Below the pieces are notes generated by a model. The model saw only the letters and a list, made by a program, of their open reading frames with translations, searched no databases and had not been told where the DNA came from. A stretch of 32,924 nt of DNA. Source: a virus. Every line of letters starts with the position of its first letter. Position 1 is the stretch's first letter. Below, piece after piece: positions 18,961 through 26,293 of the stretch. The stretch covers positions 1 to 32,924 of IMG/VR virus record IMGVR_UViG_3300035492_000062; one strand, 5' to 3'. A program made the position numbers and the translations under genes.

Positions 18961-19905
18961 ATGGAACACGGAAAATATACGGATTTATCAGAAAAAACAC
19001 CAAACACGATATGGTGCTTTCAAAAAGATGGGTCTTTTGGTAAATTTGTACTAAATCACGCAATCAGTGGGGACAGCGATAGTATATACTGTAAGATCCC
19101 AGAATCAATAACAACTGGACTCTCACAAGATGAGATAGTGCAAGTTGCTGATGAGGTCGCTGGTTACGTAAATGAGTCTTATCCAGATTTTTTGGCAAGA
19201 GCATTTAACTGCCCAAAAAGCAGACAAGATTCTATGCTGTCTAACCGAGAAATAGTTGCCAATGCTGGGTTACTTCTCACTAAGAAAAGATATATAATGA
19301 GGGTGGTGGATGATGAGGGGAAGAAAGTAGACAAACTTAAGATAATGGGCGTAGAAATCATCAAGTCTGATACATCACAGTTTACCAAGAAAATTCTGAT
19401 GGCTATGGTAAACTTGATTTTAGATGGCTGCCCAAGATCAGAAGTTCTATCTCGGATCGCTGAACACAAATCATCCATTTATGAGACACCTGTTAGTGAG
19501 TTAGCTACACCTGCTGGCTGTCGTACACTTTTAAAGGCGTACAAACAGCTTGAAGAGGTCGGAGATCTTAAGGGCATCCACCACACTGCAAGATCTGCAA
19601 TATTCTATAACTCGCTCTGTGGAATAAAAGATCAAAAAATTCGTGCTGGTGATAAGATTGGTATTGTTTACATAAAACATCCAAAGTCCAAGTATCTTGG
19701 GTTTCCAAAAGACGCAGCATACTTGCCAGAGTGGATGGATGATATTATAATTGACTATGCAACACACTGGGATAAGACCCTAGTCAAAATCACAAACTAT
19801 CTTGAAAGTATGGGATGGGATGATCGCTCTATGACTCAGAATTTACGCAGAGATTTGTTTGGAATACCAGAGAAGAAAGTAACCAAAAAGGGAAAGAAAA
19901 AATGA
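18961..19905 (+). CDS. gp43B: Family B DNA polymerase, C-terminal subunit (motif C, thumb)
   Basis: GDSDSIY (motif C), KKRY, LKIMGVEIIKSDT; own GAGG RBS; DLFG near the C-terminus may be a clamp-binding motif. Confidence 0.9.
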   Translation: MEHGKYTDLSEKTPNTIWCFQKDGSFGKFVLNHAISGDSDSIYCKIPESITTGLSQDEIVQVADEVAGYVNESYPDFLARAFNCPKSRQDSMLSNREIVANAGLLLTKKRYIMRVVDDEGKKVDKLKIMGVEIIKSDTSQFTKKILMAMVNLILDGCPRSEVLSRIAEHKSSIYETPVSELATPAGCRTLLKAYKQLEEVGDLKGIHHTARSAIFYNSLCGIKDQKIRAGDKIGIVYIKHPKSKYLGFPKDAAYLPEWMDDIIIDYATHWDKTLVKITNYLESMGWDDRSMTQNLRRDLFGIPEKKVTKKGKKK

Positions 19906-21296
19906 TTGAAGTTGTTATTTTAAACATGATTGCTGAGCTTAGTAGTACTACTAAGAAAAAGGAAAAAGAAGCAATCATCACAGAATATTACAATAAACAC
20001 GCAGATGATGGTTTAGGGAAGTTTTTTGATTTAACTCTTAATCCACGTAGATTATTTTACGTAAAATCATTAGAGCGCCTAAAGCCATCAGCAGCACCAG
20101 CATTTGTTCGACCAGAAGTGACTGCTGAATACATCATAGAAAAACTTTACTCAAATAAAAATAGAAGTGACATCATGAATACTTTGTTTGAGTGTATTCA
20201 CTACGCAACGTCTACAACTAAGAATATAGTCAACATCATTCTAGCCAAAGATCTAAACTGTGGCGTTGGCATCTCCACTGTAAACTCAGCAGTTGGATTT
20301 AAGATGATCAAAGATTTTGAAGTAGCCAAGGCAGAAGAACAAAAGAAAATTGAAGCATTCCATGCCTATGAAAAATTCTATTGGAATTTAAAAGTAGACG
20401 GCCAGCGTCTTATTGTTCTGGGAAACATCCATAATGATTTTCTGTTTTTATCTTCGTCTGGTAAAGAGATCACACAGCTTTACATCACAGAACTAGGTAA
20501 GCAACTACGATTATTAGTGCAGTGTTATTTAAAAGACACAGGTAAGAAATCAGTGTGCTTTGATGCTGAGTTACTTGGGGTAGATGAAAATTTAAAAGAA
20601 TTAGATCGGAAGAAATCAAACGGAATTTGTACTAAGATGCAAAACATGAACGCCACTCCAGAGGAAGTATACTGCATGAGGGCGTGGATTTTCGATGTCA
20701 TTGGATACGACACTGAAGAACTGGTTTATGAAGGAACCTCCAAACCACTTTATGAACGAGTTGGTGAACTGGATCGAATGAAGTTTATTCATGAAATGAC
20801 AAAGAATGATAAGCTGATTTTCTTACCATACACGATAGTGAACTCAGTTGATGAATTGATGGAACAATTTAAGATTCTCGTTCAGAATGGATATGAAGGA
20901 GTTATCGCTAAAAAATATGACAGCCCTTATGAAATCAAGCGTCAGAACCACTGGGTAAAGTTAAAAAAAGAAGTTGAGATTGATGTTGTTGTCACTGGAT
21001 GGACACCGCACAAGAAACGTGATGATATGATAGGCGCATTGCTCATTGAGTCGTCCTGTGGTAGCATTAAAGGTGCAATTGGTACTGGCACATGGTTGAC
21101 TGAACAAAAGCGCAGAGAATTGCATACAAGAGCTTTAATGGGTGAACTGGATGGCACTATCTTGGAAATTGGTGTAATGGAGATCACCAGTAACAAGAAG
21201 AATGATGAGCTATCGTTCTATCTACCTCGGATAACCAGAGAACGAACAGACAAGACAGAAGCAGATAGCTATGAGAAAATAATGTCTATGTTTTAA
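19902..21296 (+). CDS. gp30: ATP-dependent DNA ligase (T4 gp30-like)
   Basis: KVDGQR adenylation motif, FDAEL, IFDVI, YEGVIAK, WVKLK, LPRITRERTDK. Confidence 0.93.
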   Translation: MIEVVILNMIAELSSTTKKKEKEAIITEYYNKHADDGLGKFFDLTLNPRRLFYVKSLERLKPSAAPAFVRPEVTAEYIIEKLYSNKNRSDIMNTLFECIHYATSTTKNIVNIILAKDLNCGVGISTVNSAVGFKMIKDFEVAKAEEQKKIEAFHAYEKFYWNLKVDGQRLIVLGNIHNDFLFLSSSGKEITQLYITELGKQLRLLVQCYLKDTGKKSVCFDAELLGVDENLKELDRKKSNGICTKMQNMNATPEEVYCMRAWIFDVIGYDTEELVYEGTSKPLYERVGELDRMKFIHEMTKNDKLIFLPYTIVNSVDELMEQFKILVQNGYEGVIAKKYDSPYEIKRQNHWVKLKKEVEIDVVVTGWTPHKKRDDMIGALLIESSCGSIKGAIGTGTWLTEQKRRELHTRALMGELDGTILEIGVMEITSNKKNDELSFYLPRITRERTDKTEADSYEKIMSMF

Positions 21297-21300
21297 ATAG

Positions 21301-21328
21301 AAGCCCCAATACGGGGCTTTCTTCTTTC
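21301..21328 (+). terminator. Rho-independent terminator
   Basis: AAGCCCC-aatac-GGGGCTT followed by a T-rich tail. Confidence 0.75.
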
Positions 21329-21354
21329 TAGTAAATACTATAAGATCAAAACCT

Positions 21355-21765
21355 ATGGAGTTTAATACAATGAGTGATTTTTTAAAATTACTGGAAGAGA
21401 CATTAGAGGCAACCGACAATTTACTTTTTGAAGAGACGGTGTATAATGTCATTGAAGAGTACGGATTTACTGATGAAGAGATATTGGAGATCTTAGAGTC
21501 TGCTGAGCTGGATGATGAAGAGTACGATGCTGTGGTAGAGGCACTACAGAAAAGTGTCAAGTATACTGGAGATACGAGACGCAGAGCATCTAGGAAAGTT
21601 AGACAGCGTAGAGCTTCATTGACTACCGGTATGAGCAAATTGGCAAGGAAGTTAAGAGCACGTAAAGCTGCTAAGACTAAACGCAAGAATCCAGCTATCA
21701 AGCGCAAAGCAAACCGTAGACGCAGGAAAGCAATGAGAATTAGAAAGCAACGTGGAATCAAGTAA
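21355..21765 (+). CDS. gp68: Prohead core protein (T4 gp68-like)
   Basis: Acidic N-terminus and very basic C-terminus TTGMSK..RKLRARKAAKTKRKNP....ANRRRRKAMRIRKQRG typical of gp68; GTAAATA at 21331. The start may be 21370. Confidence 0.8.
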   Translation: MEFNTMSDFLKLLEETLEATDNLLFEETVYNVIEEYGFTDEEILEILESAELDDEEYDAVVEALQKSVKYTGDTRRRASRKVRQRRASLTTGMSKLARKLRARKAAKTKRKNPAIKRKANRRRRKAMRIRKQRGIK

Positions 21766-21767
21766 TT

Positions 21768-21915
21768 TGTCCCAGTCTCATTGACGTTTTCTGTCCCGTT
21801 TTTGTCGTTTTTGTGTCCCGTCCCATGTCCCAAAAATATGTTAAAATACCGTTAAAATACGGTAAAATTGGGACATTTTTCCCATTTTTGGGACAAATGT
21901 AAAAAATTTGGGACA
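21768..21915. repeat. Inverted array of TGTCCC / GGGACA motifs with a central GTTAAAATAC tandem
   Basis: TGTCCC at 21768, 21792, 21814, 21826 (plus GTCCC at 21820); GGGACA at 21870, 21890, 21910; GTTAAAATAC at 21840 and 21851. Confidence 0.85.
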
Positions 21916-21985
21916 TTTGTTATATTTTTGTAAATTCTACAACATAACGCGAACGATCATGCACGAGCATTATATACGCGAGGGC

Positions 21986-22002
21986 AACTGGTCTGACCAG
22001 TT
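21986..22002. promoter_or_regulatory. Perfect 17-bp palindrome, candidate protein-binding site
   Basis: AACTGGTC-T-GACCAGTT upstream of the first early promoter. Confidence 0.45.
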
Positions 22003-22077
22003 AGACAAAATGATCGAATTGGTTTAAGATGGTAGTCAGTTGGCAAGGACGGCCAGCCAGTCGGTAGAAAATACCGA

Positions 22078-22106
22078 TTGACAAACCTAGAAAACGGGTT
22101 TATTAT
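22078..22106 (+). promoter_or_regulatory. sigma70 early promoter P1
   Basis: TTGACA-17 bp-TATTAT. Confidence 0.8.
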
Positions 22107-22115
22107 GGAAATCAT

Positions 22116-22139
22116 GCCGCAAGGCGTTGCTCTTTAAAA
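22116..22139 (+). promoter_or_regulatory. boxB-like GNRA hairpin plus boxA antitermination site
   Basis: GCC-GCAA-GGC followed by TGCTCTTTAAAA (22128-22139); the rrn boxA consensus is TGCTCTTTAACA. Confidence 0.7.
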
Positions 22140-22142
22140 ACT

Positions 22143-22332
22143 TGGTTGCCAGTAGTATCTTTACTATCTGACCACAGATCCGCATATGTAAGACCGGCAG
22201 GCATTATACGGGTTTGGTTTGGCGGGATAAGGGCTTAAGCGCATTATCTGAAAGTTGTTAACGGTGAACCCGTCCAACTGGAAACGAAAAACAGGTTGAC
22301 AATATCGGTAAAGAATGTCACACTGGCAACCA
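22143..22332 (+). ncRNA. Putative ~190-nt structured RNA
   Basis: Closing stems TGGTTGCCAGT/ACTGGCAACCA and TCTTTACT/GGTAAAGA; inner stem ACGGGTTT/GAACCCGT; no credible ORF. Confidence 0.5.
22296..22324 (+). promoter_or_regulatory. sigma70 early promoter P2
   Basis: TTGACA-17 bp-CACACT with TGn extension. Confidence 0.6.
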
Positions 22333-22362
22333 TGAATTGAGCAAGCTACGCTGCTAAATTCT

Positions 22363-22374
22363 CGCTCTTTAACA
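22363..22374 (+). promoter_or_regulatory. boxA antitermination site
   Basis: CGCTCTTTAACA, preceded by the hairpin GAATT..AGC..GCT..AATTC. Confidence 0.75.
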
Positions 22375-22378
22375 ATCT

Positions 22379-22939
22379 GGTTTGAGTTTTCTGAAATAAG
22401 TCCGTTATTATTATAGGGGTTATTTTATGAAAAATGATAGAAAAGTAATTGTCGCTGTAGATGAACGCTATAATGACAATAACGGTGCATATCAAGTTGC
22501 CTATGTTTGGGACGGCGAAAGTGTATCTACTTTGGGCGGAATGTATGATAATACTCATTATTCCGTAAATTGTACTGAAGAAGAGTTTTTAGCTGCCAAA
22601 GCATGGCAACGGGAAAATACGCCAGAAACAATACCGTTTAACAAGTATTGTTACAATCGTTTGGGTGCTAATACCTTTATTGGTTGTATTGTAAAACTTG
22701 CCCGTAGTAGAAAAGCGCCTAATAAGGTTGAATTGCTAGTCGCTGACTTTCATGAATCTTATTATGATACCCGTTATAATCAGTACGTTACTGAAAAAGT
22801 GACTGTAACAGACGGCGTTACTAGCTGGATTGTTGCTAGTAGCTGTATAAATGAGATCGTGAAAGGCGTAAAAGAATACGTATTCTGGGCAAGTTAGTGT
22901 TTTAAGGCTTAGCGGCCTTATTTCAGAAAAACTCAAACC
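22379..22939. repeat. ~29-bp long-range inverted repeat bracketing ORF 22427..22897
   Basis: GGTTTGAGTTTTCTGAAATAAGTCCGTTA (22379-22407) pairs with TAGCGGCCTTATTTCAGAAAAACTCAAACC (22910-22939), with one bulge, one mismatch and one G-U pair. Confidence 0.9.
22427..22897 (+). CDS. hypothetical early protein (156 aa)
   Basis: AGGGG RBS; downstream of P2 and boxA. Confidence 0.8.
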   Translation: MKNDRKVIVAVDERYNDNNGAYQVAYVWDGESVSTLGGMYDNTHYSVNCTEEEFLAAKAWQRENTPETIPFNKYCYNRLGANTFIGCIVKLARSRKAPNKVELLVADFHESYYDTRYNQYVTEKVTVTDGVTSWIVASSCINEIVKGVKEYVFWAS

Positions 22940-22947
22940 GATATAGG

Positions 22948-22976
22948 TTGACAAGGGCGAAATAGTCAGGTAAACT
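22948..22976 (+). promoter_or_regulatory. sigma70 early promoter P3
   Basis: TTGACA-17 bp-TAAACT. Confidence 0.75.
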
Positions 22977-23065
22977 GGCTACATATTCCTCCGAAGCGTC
23001 CAGTAGAAACTTACTGGACACTAAGGCAAAGTACCATGGCCTTGCCGGTACTTTCCTGAAACAAC

Positions 23066-23077
23066 CGTTCTTTAACA
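23066..23077 (+). promoter_or_regulatory. boxA-like site
   Basis: CGTTCTTTAACA after two hairpins (GTCCAGTA/TACTGGAC and AAAGTACC/GGTACTTT). Confidence 0.65.
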
Positions 23078-23305
23078 TTGCTGGAAATGGGGTATTATTG
23101 CGTTTTGATAATACTCAAGTCTAAACAGGTCTAAGACCATCTAGGCGGGAATTTTATGAGATCTGGCCCAAGATCTGCATTTATTGGGATGGTCAGAGAT
23201 TGCAAAATTTAACGGTTGACAATATCTGAGACGTGGATTTTTAAAGCCTATTTGATTTTTGAGTAGGCTTTGTAAACACCATGTAACCAAAAACAGGTAC
23301 TTTTT

Positions 23306-23491
23306 ATGCCTAAATTGACTAAAAAAGAAGTTATTTCACAATGCCGTGAAGTTTTCCGTAGCCCTTCTTGGGGCTTTGATAAAACAGATCGGGATGCCAA
23401 AGCTCAGTATTGGAACGATTATACCGATATGTTGTGCAAAGATCGCCAGATCACGAATCATCAGTATGATACTTGGTCTAATCCTTTCTAG
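23306..23491 (+). CDS. hypothetical early protein (61 aa)
   Basis: AGGT RBS; its stop TAG is the first triplet of repeat copy 1. Confidence 0.75.
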   Translation: MPKLTKKEVISQCREVFRSPSWGFDKTDRDAKAQYWNDYTDMLCKDRQITNHQYDTWSNPF

Positions 23492-23534
23492 TTGACTTTT
23501 CAGTACCATTCCAGTAGAATGGTACTCATAAAGT
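23489..23534 (+). promoter_or_regulatory. Repeated promoter/stem-loop element, copy 1
   Basis: TAGTTGACTTTTCAGTACCATTCCAGTAGAATGGTACTCATAAAGT: TTGACT-17-TAGAAT with a 10-bp stem AGTACCATTC/GAATGGTACT. Confidence 0.9.
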
Positions 23535-23562
23535 TTACTTCTAACCTGAAATGGTGAATAAA

Positions 23563-24159
23563 ATGGCTATAAAAACAATTCTTACGCTCGATGTTATTGC
23601 GGATCTTCTGGAACGTCATGGTGAATTTGTCCGATTCACTTCCAAAGTATATGGTGAAGATTCTTCAGAGGTCGAGGCGTATATTTTCGCCAACTGGAAT
23701 AATGTCCCATCGTATTTACAGTCATGGTTAGAAAAAAGGGGATTCGTCTTACTGTGGGATGATGAATATGTATTTGATTACAGTCAAGACACTGCATACA
23801 GATGCATCCCGACTCATTATGGTTGGACGCCTGACTATATCTGCAACGACTGGACGAATGGCGAAGTGATCGGACGGGATGATCTGATCGATATTGCTGA
23901 CGAATATATTGATGAATGTTTGCTGAATGATCCAACGCAAGCAAACCAATTACTTGGCGATGATGTTTTAGAAAAACATGGATTCGTTCGCCTCGAAACT
24001 GGTGAAAATGGATTTCATGCACACCAGACGGATGATCCGTCTATGATGTTGAAAGAAGCTCAAACAACGCATCCTAATGCTGACTTTGTATTCAGCATTG
24101 ATAGGACTGGTCAATTTGATGTACATTTTTCGCTGTGGATGCGAGAAAATAATAGTTGA
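23563..24159 (+). CDS. hypothetical early protein (acidic, ~198 aa)
   Basis: GGTGA RBS before ATG 23563; stop TGA lies inside repeat copy 2. Confidence 0.8.
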   Translation: MAIKTILTLDVIADLLERHGEFVRFTSKVYGEDSSEVEAYIFANWNNVPSYLQSWLEKRGFVLLWDDEYVFDYSQDTAYRCIPTHYGWTPDYICNDWTNGEVIGRDDLIDIADEYIDECLLNDPTQANQLLGDDVLEKHGFVRLETGENGFHAHQTDDPSMMLKEAQTTHPNADFVFSIDRTGQFDVHFSLWMRENNS

Positions 24160-24198
24160 CTTTTCAGTACCATTCCAGTAGAATGGTACTTATAAAGT
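24153..24198 (+). promoter_or_regulatory. Repeated promoter/stem-loop element, copy 2
   Basis: One substitution relative to copy 1; followed by a 15-nt tandem duplication GTTTACTTCTAACCT (24197-24226). Confidence 0.9.
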
Positions 24199-24240
24199 TT
24201 ACTTCTAACCTGTTTACTTCTAACCTGAATGGTGAATGAA

Positions 24241-24612
24241 ATGAAAAAATCAGTACAATCTAAAATTATTCCGACTGTAACCATTAACTTGGATTTCAAC
24301 GGCTGGTGGTTAACTAATGAAAACGGAACAACCAATTCTCCAATGGAGTTAATCAGCGATGAATACCAGCGCAAGCTGGTTATGGCAGAAGCGAACGATC
24401 TTTGCTGGCCTCTGCCATCCGGTTTAAACGTTGCTACAGTACGGTATAAAAAGAAAAACGGCAACATTGATAGTTACCGTACTGATATAAACGGATCTCG
24501 GTTGGAAGTAACAAAATATTTTCTGAATCGGGCGATCAATATCGGTTCTGTGGATGATGATTTGGTTTTTGTGGTTGACGTACAAGTTCAGCCAAGTAAT
24601 TTGAAAAAGTGA
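24241..24612 (+). CDS. hypothetical early protein
   Basis: GGTGA RBS before ATG 24241 (the ORF track starts at 24229). Confidence 0.75.
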   Translation: MKKSVQSKIIPTVTINLDFNGWWLTNENGTTNSPMELISDEYQRKLVMAEANDLCWPLPSGLNVATVRYKKKNGNIDSYRTDINGSRLEVTKYFLNRAINIGSVDDDLVFVVDVQVQPSNLKK

Positions 24613-24623
24613 GGTGAACAATC

Positions 24624-24875
24624 ATGCAAGTTTTTTACTTTGAAATGACTGATACATATGGCGGTGAATTGAATTATTGTTGGTTAAAACGCTTCAAAAT
24701 CACTGCAAAAAACTTGAAAGGTGCGCTAATCAAGCTTAGTCGGGAAACTGGTTTTAATTTCCGCAATAATGGTCTGTATTACAAAGCAAAAACCGCCTGC
24801 ATTGGTGCATATGAGCTTGAATTTTTTGAGCCTGAGCACAACCAATACTGGCTAGAAAAAGCGAAAGAAATTTAG
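24624..24875 (+). CDS. hypothetical early protein (83 aa)
   Basis: GAGGTG RBS; TDTYGGELNYCW motif; stop TAG is the start of repeat copy 3. Confidence 0.8.
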   Translation: MQVFYFEMTDTYGGELNYCWLKRFKITAKNLKGALIKLSRETGFNFRNNGLYYKAKTACIGAYELEFFEPEHNQYWLEKAKEI

Positions 24876-24918
24876 TTGACTTTTCAGTACCATTCCAGTA
24901 GAATGGTACTCATAAAGT
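24873..24918 (+). promoter_or_regulatory. Repeated promoter/stem-loop element, copy 3
   Basis: Identical to copy 1 over 46 bp. Confidence 0.9.
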
Positions 24919-24951
24919 GAATTAACCCAAAACAAAGCAAGGTGAAACAAG

Positions 24952-25248
24952 ATGATTGGAAACTTTACAGGCAAAACTGGCGTATACCGCTTAAACTACG
25001 CCAAAGAATTAATTACTGTCCGCATCATGGAATCACCAGAGATGATGCAAGATCCGCACAGAGATCCAGCTGTTTATGTTGCTCTGGTGACTTTCATGAA
25101 AGATGGCGTAAACCATCGGAATGATGTTGACGTTTTAACTCAGTCACAAAAAGAACACTGTGTTAAATGGGCAATGTCACAAGATCCAAAAATGGGTGAT
25201 GAATTTCTGAGCTTTGTTGCTCAAGCATATTGGAGGATCATCGCATGA
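24952..25248 (+). CDS. hypothetical early protein (98 aa)
   Basis: AAGGTG RBS. Confidence 0.75.
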   Translation: MIGNFTGKTGVYRLNYAKELITVRIMESPEMMQDPHRDPAVYVALVTFMKDGVNHRNDVDVLTQSQKEHCVKWAMSQDPKMGDEFLSFVAQAYWRIIA

Positions 25249-25571
25249 TCACTTATAATGAATACATGAAAGATAGTGAAAATTTACATCATGATTTTTT
25301 TGCTCAGTTTATTACTGAGCAAACAAAACAGTTTGTTAAAACTCGAATTGGTATTGATAAACTTAAATCAAGTAAGTGCCTATACTTCAACGATATTATT
25401 AAGCACAATTCTGGTGGTGGTTGGTTGTGGGATGCTTCGCCATTTAATACCACACTGGCGAAAGAAGCGGGTATGATTCATATCAATACGCCATCGGTTC
25501 ATACTTGTGTCGGAAAGGCGTGTGCTAGAATTTTACTAAAGATGGAAATCGAAAATGAACAGACCGCCTAA
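25245..25571 (+). CDS. hypothetical early protein
   Basis: GGAGG RBS and ATGA overlap at 25245. Confidence 0.75.
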   Translation: MITYNEYMKDSENLHHDFFAQFITEQTKQFVKTRIGIDKLKSSKCLYFNDIIKHNSGGGWLWDASPFNTTLAKEAGMIHINTPSVHTCVGKACARILLKMEIENEQTA

Positions 25572-25716
25572 TTACAAAGAGATTGACGGGTATCGGTATC
25601 AGTTGGATCGCTGGTGGTACAATGATGATTATACTGTCTTTATCTGCGAGTATGTACCGGAAGATGATATTCCTTATATTGACCAAAGAAAATTTATCAA
25701 TATTCCCGTAGAGTAG
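25555..25716 (+). CDS. hypothetical early protein (53 aa, absent from the ORF track)
   Basis: MNRPPNYKEIDGYRYQLDRWWY...IPVE; its stop TAG is the start of repeat copy 4. Confidence 0.65.
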   Translation: MNRPPNYKEIDGYRYQLDRWWYNDDYTVFICEYVPEDDIPYIDQRKFINIPVE

Positions 25717-25759
25717 TTGACTTTTCAGTACCATTCCAGTAGAATGGTACTTATAAAGT
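25714..25759 (+). promoter_or_regulatory. Repeated promoter/stem-loop element, copy 4
   Basis: Identical to copy 2 over 46 bp. Confidence 0.9.
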
Positions 25760-25788
25760 GAATTAACCAACAAAGCAAGGTGATTAAG

Positions 25789-26292
25789 ATGAAACAAGAA
25801 TTTTATGCTGGCGCAATCAAGGCGCACAACACTGCCGGTGAGATCATGTTACAGCTACAACCAAAGATAGTAAAGATCATGAAATCTGCAAAAAGAACCG
25901 CAACCGGAAAATTGTTTCAGAAAGACAAGGATATTATCAGAGATATTTGTAAACAATATGAACAGGTTAAAATTGATATTGCATTCTTTGAAGAGCTTTC
26001 AGATTATGCACCACCGAGATATAGTTTAGAAATCAGATACATTTATCCGCATGGTTACTACTCGGATAATTCAGTAAAAATGAAAACTGATAAACTATAT
26101 TTTTCTTGGTGGTATAATACGGATGAAGATCGGAAGTTTTCATTCACAGAATTACCAGACGAAAGTGTAATTCTTGAACAGCAAAAACGTCATGCGGCTT
26201 TACGAAAACAGATGGATGATCTTAGAAGCGAAATCAACGCTATTCAGCGAGATTTCGGTATCAGTGAGTATAGTGAATTTATCGGGAAATAA
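25789..26292 (+). CDS. hypothetical early protein with C-terminal coiled coil
   Basis: AAGGTG RBS before ATG 25789. Confidence 0.75.
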   Translation: MKQEFYAGAIKAHNTAGEIMLQLQPKIVKIMKSAKRTATGKLFQKDKDIIRDICKQYEQVKIDIAFFEELSDYAPPRYSLEIRYIYPHGYYSDNSVKMKTDKLYFSWWYNTDEDRKFSFTELPDESVILEQQKRHAALRKQMDDLRSEINAIQRDFGISEYSEFIGK

Positions 26293-26293
26293 T

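Noticed and set aside
21222-21833. 203-aa minus-strand ORF and other antisense ORFs (e.g. 16104..16379, 5260..5610, 23636..24022)
   Set aside because: These are shadows of well-supported + strand genes, with low-complexity or implausible translations.
22379-22939. IS element or MITE with terminal inverted repeats
   Set aside because: The enclosed ORF has no transposase motif, there is no target-site duplication, and the bulge and G-U pair fit an RNA stem better.
23216-23244. Fourth TTGACA promoter sharing GGTTGACAATATC with P2
   Set aside because: No credible -10 hexamer at 16-18 bp spacing.
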